This document shows positions 58,632 to 64,000 of a stretch of 64,000 nt of DNA, one piece after another (position 1 is the stretch's first letter; each line of letters opens with the position of its first letter). A program made the position numbers and the translations under genes. The stretch spans positions 68,924-132,923 of the forward strand of contig JAVEXP010000001.1 in the NCBI GenBank assembly GCA_034003985.1, in the 5' to 3' direction. The DNA comes from Patescibacteria group bacterium (GTDB taxonomy: Bacteria > Patescibacteriota > Patescibacteriia > Buchananbacterales > UBA6539). Below the pieces are notes generated by a model. That model saw nothing but the letters and a program-made list of their open reading frames with translations. It made no database searches and had not been told where the DNA came from.

Positions 58632-60194
58632 TTACAGGCCCAGAATAATCGGGGATGAGAACGAGGGCAGGGTGCTACCGTCGTCCATCGTCACCCGCCA
58701 GCCGCTATTGAATTGCGGTTGGCCAAAGAGCGTGGGGTCGAAAATACCCAGCGGACCGCTGCGATGCAGGTCGGTCCAGATGAAGTAAGCCTGGGAAGCT
58801 GCTTCATCGTAGGTGGCCGGCAAGGGGGCGGGGAAAGACTGGTCCCCGACCAGGTTGGTGACGATCGCGGCGTCGGCCTGGCCGGGTGGAATATTCAAAT
58901 CGGCCATCAGCCAGAGCCGTTCGCCTTGATCAATCTGACCGTCAGGAATCACTTGCGGCTCCAAATCAACGATGACCAAGCCGTCGGCATCAAGCTGGCC
59001 GGTGCCAACCACACCCTGAAATTCGCGCCAGACGCGAAAGTTGCTCGCGGTCACATGCTGCGTCTGGACCTTGAAGGTCAGGCGGCAGAGTGCCAAATCG
59101 TCCCAGCCGCCGTTGGTGACGGCGAGCGGGAAGAGGATTTGGTTGTTGATATGGCCAACAACCAGGCGCGCGCCATGCAGCGGCAAGATGCTGACTATGG
59201 GCACACTCTGAAAAACAGTGAACTGCCCTGAGGTTGCCTGGCCAATCCCACCTAAGAGCTGGTTCGAATCCAGCCCGCGTCCGACAATCTCTTCTCCGGG
59301 CACGAAAACCGTGAAACCTTGGCCGGATTCGGCGGGGCCAGTCTCGCAATCGCCCGTCTCCACCTTGATCGTGAAGTGCTCGGGTACTCCGGGCTGGAGA
59401 ACCAGCGGTTCGGCAAAGTTGACTACCGCGCTGCCAGCCGTCAAAGGTATTGGCTCTTCCCAAGAGTCGTCGGTGCTGGGGACAGCCGAACCCAGGAAGT
59501 CGGCGCCGTGATAGACACTGACTTGCCCGATTTGATCCGGCCCGCCATCGTTGACTTTACTGAAGTAGATTGGCAAGCCGCTGATTTCCACTGGTTCGCG
59601 TTCGGCATCAAGGGCGACTTCCAGGATGCTGATTCCGGAAGTGTTGGCGGGTAAAAGCCCGGATCGGGGAGAGTTGCCGCCGGTACCGACATTAATTTCA
59701 CCGCCGGCGACCACTTGAATGATCGGTCCAAACTGAATCAGCTCCGGCGATTCCTGACTCATTCCGGCGACCATTGAGGTGGACGCCTGAATAGCGCATT
59801 CCATTGCCGAGGTGGCAATATCGCCGATCAGTTGGGCAGTCATTTGCTGGTTGGCACTGAAGGCCAAGGGCTGGGCCAGCAGGAAGCGGATCTGGGCGAC
59901 GCTTTGGTCGGGGTCAAACAGTCCCGCGTTGGGATCGTTGACGGTTTGTGCCAGCTCGCCGTCAATCAGCAAGCCGACATTGGCCAGAACATTGACCCCG
60001 GCGCCATTGACATTGACTCCGAAAGTCAGTTGGGAAAGGGTTGTCGGGCTTTTGTCGCCGTTGAGCTGCAGGTCCAGCAGGACAATGCCTTGCGAGCCGG
60101 CAATCACGGTGAAACCCTGGGTGGCGGTAATGGTCACGGTCACACAACCGGCCAATACTACACTCATCAGAACCAGAATCAAAGACTTACGCAT
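58632..60194 (-). CDS. Large secreted lipoprotein of unknown function (GC-rich gene, about 60% GC)
   Basis: The ATG at 60194 has SD 'AAGGAGA'. 'MRKSLILVLMSVVLAGCVTV' is the lipobox. It is Gly/Val/Thr-rich and beta-rich in composition. Confidence 0.5.
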   Translation of the reverse strand: MRKSLILVLMSVVLAGCVTVTITATQGFTVIAGSQGIVLLDLQLNGDKSPTTLSQLTFGVNVNGAGVNVLANVGLLIDGELAQTVNDPNAGLFDPDQSVAQIRFLLAQPLAFSANQQMTAQLIGDIATSAMECAIQASTSMVAGMSQESPELIQFGPIIQVVAGGEINVGTGGNSPRSGLLPANTSGISILEVALDAEREPVEISGLPIYFSKVNDGGPDQIGQVSVYHGADFLGSAVPSTDDSWEEPIPLTAGSAVVNFAEPLVLQPGVPEHFTIKVETGDCETGPAESGQGFTVFVPGEEIVGRGLDSNQLLGGIGQATSGQFTVFQSVPIVSILPLHGARLVVGHINNQILFPLAVTNGGWDDLALCRLTFKVQTQHVTASNFRVWREFQGVVGTGQLDADGLVIVDLEPQVIPDGQIDQGERLWLMADLNIPPGQADAAIVTNLVGDQSFPAPLPATYDEAASQAYFIWTDLHRSGPLGIFDPTLFGQPQFNSGWRVTMDDGSTLPSFSSPIILGL

Positions 60195-60362
60195 GCCACT
60201 TCTCCTTCTTGTTGGCATATTCCATTGTAGGGAACACAAAATTGTACTCATTTTGAGCACCTCAAAACATACCATAAAATATGATTTTTGTCAATAATTA
60301 TGCTTGAATTAACCCGGTTTTTTTGCTATTTTTAAATAGTTGAAACTAAATAATTAGCTAAA

Positions 60363-62498
60363 ATGAAATACAAAATTATTGTTTTTGGTTGCGGTTTTAA
60401 CCAGATTGATGCTGAACGGGCCGCGGCTGTTTTGGAAAAAATTGGCTACCAGTCTACGGAGAAAGATTTTGAGACTGACTTGTTTTTGGTGCTGGCTTGC
60501 TCCGTTCGTCAGTCGGCCATTGACCGGGTGATGGGGCTGGAACACAGATTTAATCAGATTAAAAAGACCCGGCCGATAATTACTTTATTGTCCGGTTGTG
60601 TATTGCCAACTGACAAATCAAAAATGAGCAAGTTTTTTGATATTGTTTTTCCGATTAATGATTTAGTTAAACTGCCGGTAATGTTGGCTCAAAAATCTTT
60701 GGATTTACCGACTGATTATTTGAAAGTTCGGCCAAGCTATCGTTCAACTTTTCAGGCCTCGGTGCCGGTCATTAATGGCTGTAATAATTTTTGTACTTAT
60801 TGCGCCGTGCCTTATGTTCGGGGAAGGGAAAAATCCAGAAAGGCCAAAGATGTTTTGGCCGAATGCCAAGCGTTGGTGGCCCAAGGATATAAATATATTG
60901 AATTGCTCGGTCAAAATGTTAACAGCTATCAAGACGGCAGGATTAATTTTCCGAAATTATTAAAGCAAGTGGATAATATTCCCGGGGATTATTGGCTGAG
61001 CTTTGCTTCCTGTCATCCCAAAGACATGTCGGATGAATTAATCGCAGTGATGGGCAAGGCTAAACATTTGATTCCCTATTTAAATTTGCCCCTGCAGGCC
61101 GGGGATAATGAAGTGATTCAGCGGATGAATCGTAATTATATGGTTAGTCATTATAAAAATTTGATTCGTAAAATCAGAAAAGCCGTACCGGGGATTGCTG
61201 TTTCGACTGATATGATCGTTGGCTTTCCCGGCGAGACTAGGACCCAGTTCAACAATACTGCTAAGTTGATGAAAGAAGTTGAATTTGACATGGCTTTTTT
61301 GGCCCGTTATTCGCCAAGGCCGGGGACAGCGGCAGCCAAGCTGGTTGATGATGTCAAACCGGCTGAAAAGAAACGGCGCGAAGAAGCGTTAAATAAGATT
61401 TTAAAACAAACGGCCTTGAAGAAAAACCAAGTTTTTGTCGGACAAAATATTGAAGCATTAGTAACCGAATATCGCCATGGTTTTTGCTTTGGCCGGACTA
61501 AACATTTCAAGAATATTAAGTTTAAAAGCGAAGTTGATTTAACCGGCCAACTAGTGCTGGTAAAAGTTACCAGCTGTTATTCCTGGGGATTGCGTGGCGA
61601 GCTGCCTAAGGTGGTGGTAATTTTGGGCACGACTTCGGCGGGCAAGACCAGCTTGGCCGTTAAGCTAGCCCGTAAGTTTAAGGGCGAGATTATTTCGGCT
61701 GATTCGCGTCAGGTCTATACCGGCATGGATATTGGTACGGGTAAAGATTTGGAAGAATATGGTAAAATTCCTCATCATTTGATTGACGCTGAATTGCCAA
61801 AGAACCAGTATACTTTAGCCCAATGGCAGCAGGGGGCCAACGCGGCAGTTAAAGATGTTTTGCAGCGCCAGAAGCTGCCGATTGTTTGTGGCGGCACAGG
61901 TCTTTATATTTCGGCGCTGGTTGACGGTTATCAGCTAGCCCAAGCCAGTGAAGATAAACAGCTTAGAAACCGTTTGGCTAGGCTGACTTTGAAACAATTG
62001 CTGGCCAGGCTGAAAAAGGTTGATCCCAAAACCTACGAAGTCATTGATCGGCAGAATCGGCGCCGAGTTCAGCGGGCGCTGGAAATTTATTATCAAACCG
62101 GAATTACCAAGTCGCAACAGGCTAAACCCCAAAAACCGCCTTATCAATTTTTGAAGCTTGGCATTACTTTTCCTAAAGAAGTGCTGAAGGCGCGGATTGC
62201 CAAAAGATTGAAGCATCGTTTGGAAAAAGAAGGGATGATTGAAGAAATTAAAAAATTGCACCAGCAAGGAGTGAGCTATCAGCGCTTGGAGGAGTTTGGC
62301 TTGGAATATCGCTGGGTCGGCCGTTACTTAAGAAAGCAATTGAGTTATGAAGAGATGTACAATAATTTGGAAAAAGCGATTAATGATTTTGCCAAGCGCC
62401 AAATGACTTGGTTTAAACGAGATCAAGAGATTGAGTGGGTGAGTGATTATCAGCAAGCTGAGAGGAAAATTAGAAAATTTTTGAGTGATAAAGGATGA
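60363..62498 (+). CDS. miaB-miaA: Bifunctional fusion of a MiaB-like radical SAM methylthiotransferase (N-terminal) and tRNA dimethylallyltransferase MiaA (C-terminal)
   Basis: The MTTase domain has three Cys (GC, 'LACSVR', 'SGCV'). The radical SAM motif is 'CNNFCTYCAVPYVRG'. The TRAM domain runs to 'LVLVKVTSC'. From about residue 418, 'VVVILGTTSAGKTSLAVKLA...ISADSRQVYTGMDIGTGK...PIVCGGTGLYISAL' carries the MiaA P-loop and motifs. Confidence 0.8.
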   Translation: MKYKIIVFGCGFNQIDAERAAAVLEKIGYQSTEKDFETDLFLVLACSVRQSAIDRVMGLEHRFNQIKKTRPIITLLSGCVLPTDKSKMSKFFDIVFPINDLVKLPVMLAQKSLDLPTDYLKVRPSYRSTFQASVPVINGCNNFCTYCAVPYVRGREKSRKAKDVLAECQALVAQGYKYIELLGQNVNSYQDGRINFPKLLKQVDNIPGDYWLSFASCHPKDMSDELIAVMGKAKHLIPYLNLPLQAGDNEVIQRMNRNYMVSHYKNLIRKIRKAVPGIAVSTDMIVGFPGETRTQFNNTAKLMKEVEFDMAFLARYSPRPGTAAAKLVDDVKPAEKKRREEALNKILKQTALKKNQVFVGQNIEALVTEYRHGFCFGRTKHFKNIKFKSEVDLTGQLVLVKVTSCYSWGLRGELPKVVVILGTTSAGKTSLAVKLARKFKGEIISADSRQVYTGMDIGTGKDLEEYGKIPHHLIDAELPKNQYTLAQWQQGANAAVKDVLQRQKLPIVCGGTGLYISALVDGYQLAQASEDKQLRNRLARLTLKQLLARLKKVDPKTYEVIDRQNRRRVQRALEIYYQTGITKSQQAKPQKPPYQFLKLGITFPKEVLKARIAKRLKHRLEKEGMIEEIKKLHQQGVSYQRLEEFGLEYRWVGRYLRKQLSYEEMYNNLEKAINDFAKRQMTWFKRDQEIEWVSDYQQAERKIRKFLSDKG

Positions 62499-62605
62499 TT
62501 AGCATTATCATTTCCACTTTTGCGGTAACGACACAAGGTAGGAAGTTAGTATTTTTTCATCACGCTGACCAACTTAGTTAGTTTATGTTGTTTATCTCAA
62601 TATAA

Positions 62606-62634
62606 AATCCCCTCGACTAGAGGGGATTTTTTGG
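62606..62634. terminator. Bidirectional terminator
   Basis: A perfect 9-bp stem 'aatcccctc-gacta-gaggggatt' with A/T runs on both sides. Confidence 0.65.
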
Positions 62635-62643
62635 GAGTTATAA

Positions 62644-63039
62644 CTAAGCAACTTCTTTTTGAGGAGCTTCTTTAATTATTTGTTTGGCGACAGCTACCAT
62701 GGGGTCGCTGTCAATTTTAGCCTCATCGCCAAAGGCGCGTTTTTGAGTCTCGACCCAGGCTAAATAGATTTCCGCGGCTTGGGCAAAGTCATCATATTCA
62801 TCAAGGGGAATGTCGTAAGTATTGCCGCGAAATTCGGAATTGATTCGTTGTAACACTTTATAGGCTTGATCACGATTTATACCTATTTCCTGATAGTCTG
62901 ATTCACCGCTGGCTTTTGCCCGGTCGATTTGATCTGGTCCGCGGGTGCCGCGAAATTTTTGTTCTCGGTCAAAATCAGCGGCGGTTTTGCCAAATGTTTC
63001 TTGGAGCCAGGCATCGGCATTGTTTTCTTGTTCAGCCAT
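62644..63039 (-). CDS. Hypothetical acidic 131-aa protein
   Basis: It lies downstream of gatB and is probably co-transcribed with it. No motif is recognised. Confidence 0.4.
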   Translation of the reverse strand: MAEQENNADAWLQETFGKTAADFDREQKFRGTRGPDQIDRAKASGESDYQEIGINRDQAYKVLQRINSEFRGNTYDIPLDEYDDFAQAAEIYLAWVETQKRAFGDEAKIDSDPMVAVAKQIIKEAPQKEVA

Positions 63040-63040
63040 A

Positions 63041-64000
63041 TTATTGTGACAATTTATTAGTCAAAATATCCTTGGTTTGGTTGGGTTCGGCTTGACCTTT
63101 GGTCTCACGCATGACTTGGCCGACAAAGAATTGAATTAAAGTTTCCTTTCCGGCTTGGTATTGCTCAACTTGCTTGGGGTTATCGGCAATGATTTTGTCG
63201 ATTACTTTTTCCAAATCTTCCTGGCTTTGGCTGGTGCCAAAATTTTCTTCAGTCATAATTACCGAGGGGTCTTTGCCGGTGACACACATTTTTTCCAAGA
63301 TTTGTTGGGCAATATTGGAATTAATTTTATTTTGGTAGACCAGTGAAATAAATTCAGCAAAATTCTCCGGAGTAATCTCTTGGGAGCTTACCAGATCGCC
63401 ATTAGCTTTATAAATGATAGCCAGTAATTTATTAATCAGCCAGTTGGCGGTCAATTTCGCCAGCTTGCCTTTATTTTGATCCCAGATTTCTTCGTCAGTG
63501 CCTTCAGTTTCTTCCAGGGCAATTAACCAAGCCCGAAGTTCGGACATTGCCTGTTCAAAAAAGCTGGCGAGATTTTTATCGTCGGTAATAATTTTGGCAT
63601 TCTCTTTGGTCAGGTCGAATTCATCAACAAAGCGTTGCCGTTTGGTTTGCGGCAGTTCAATCAAACCATTTTTGATTTTTTGAACATCAATCGCGCCGGG
63701 AACGCCAGGAGTAAAGTTTAAGGGCGGTAAATCCGGCTCGGGGAAGTAGCGGTAGTCCGAAGCTTCTTCCTTGGTTCGTTGTGCTTCGGTGACGCCTTTG
63801 TCCTCATTCCAACCGCGAGTGGTTTGGGTGTCAGGTGGTGTACCTTTTTCCCAAAGTTCGGTTTGGCGTTTGATTTCATATTCAATTGCTTTTTCAACCG
63901 CCCGGAAAGAGTTGATATTTTTAACTTCCGTTTTTGGTTTGAGTTGGGAAAATTCAATCTGATCGGGGTTTTGATCAGTCAGGGAAATATTGGCATCGCA
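63041..64000 (-). CDS. gatB: Asp/Glu-tRNA amidotransferase subunit B (the 5' end lies beyond the window)
   Basis: The frame is open to the window edge. 'CDANISL', 'SFRAVEKAIEYEIKRQ', 'YRYFPEPDLPPL' and the C-terminal GatB/YqeY domain are present. The track's TTG start is internal. Confidence 0.85.
   Translation of the reverse strand, partial: CDANISLTDQNPDQIEFSQLKPKTEVKNINSFRAVEKAIEYEIKRQTELWEKGTPPDTQTTRGWNEDKGVTEAQRTKEEASDYRYFPEPDLPPLNFTPGVPGAIDVQKIKNGLIELPQTKRQRFVDEFDLTKENAKIITDDKNLASFFEQAMSELRAWLIALEETEGTDEEIWDQNKGKLAKLTANWLINKLLAIIYKANGDLVSSQEITPENFAEFISLVYQNKINSNIAQQILEKMCVTGKDPSVIMTEENFGTSQSQEDLEKVIDKIIADNPKQVEQYQAGKETLIQFFVGQVMRETKGQAEPNQTKDILTNKLSQ

Noticed and set aside
59248-59282. 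tRNA-like T-arm 'GCTGG-TTCGAAT-CCAGC' followed by a 7-nt acceptor-like stretch
   Set aside because: It lies inside the GC-rich lipoprotein CDS. No complementary 5' acceptor strand, D-arm or anticodon arm could be found in the 50-80 nt upstream. It is probably a chance match.
63718-63957. 79-aa minus-strand ORF
   Set aside because: It is an alternate frame inside gatB. The gatB frame is open and conserved from 63041 to the window edge.

Overview
This is a low-GC (about 40%) bacterial segment that looks like Candidate Phyla Radiation (Patescibacteria). The gene content is typical housekeeping. There is a type IV pilus cluster with a pseudopilin, a PilM/PilN fusion carrying SH3b repeats, and two tandem pilin paralogs. 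There is a DJ-1/PfpI protein and TrxB. uvrB and uvrA overlap, with uvrC 1 kb downstream. Then come an M23 peptidase, rsmI, metG, a CvpA-like protein and tatD. A complete nine-gene V/A-type ATPase operon (H-I-K-E-C-F-A-B-D) lies on the minus strand. After it come a UvrD-like helicase-nuclease, a MEMO1-AMMECR1 fusion, pheS/pheT, dnaE, zupT, thrS, a MiaB-MiaA fusion and a partial gatB. Several things are not explained by this backbone. (1) A roughly 3.2 kb island of about 58-60% GC at 28.8-32.0 kb encodes an OPRT-like phosphoribosyltransferase, an OMP-decarboxylase-like protein whose catalytic DxKxxD lysine is replaced (DANYGD), a 48-aa zinc-ribbon peptide, a HAD hydrolase and a small membrane peptide. 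(2) At 49.4-54.1 kb five co-directional accessory ORFs form a cassette-like array. These are an alpha/beta hydrolase, an Excalibur lipoprotein, a PD-(D/E)xK Shedu-like protein, an unknown protein and a DUF805 protein. Every intergenic gap carries a 'GTGTTARGTGATGTA' core in alternating orientation, so several genes are bracketed by near-perfect inverted repeats. The array ends at a divergently transcribed XerC/D-like tyrosine recombinase. (3) Directly downstream is a 1.3 kb repeat field of about 86-bp palindromic MITE-like elements. It holds a GIY-YIG ORF and a roughly 205-nt candidate sRNA with a consensus promoter and an intrinsic terminator. (4) A promoter-bearing repeat occurs three times. 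(5) Several single-gene GC-rich islets are present. Terminators, promoters and several sub-60-aa ORFs are reported with their evidence.
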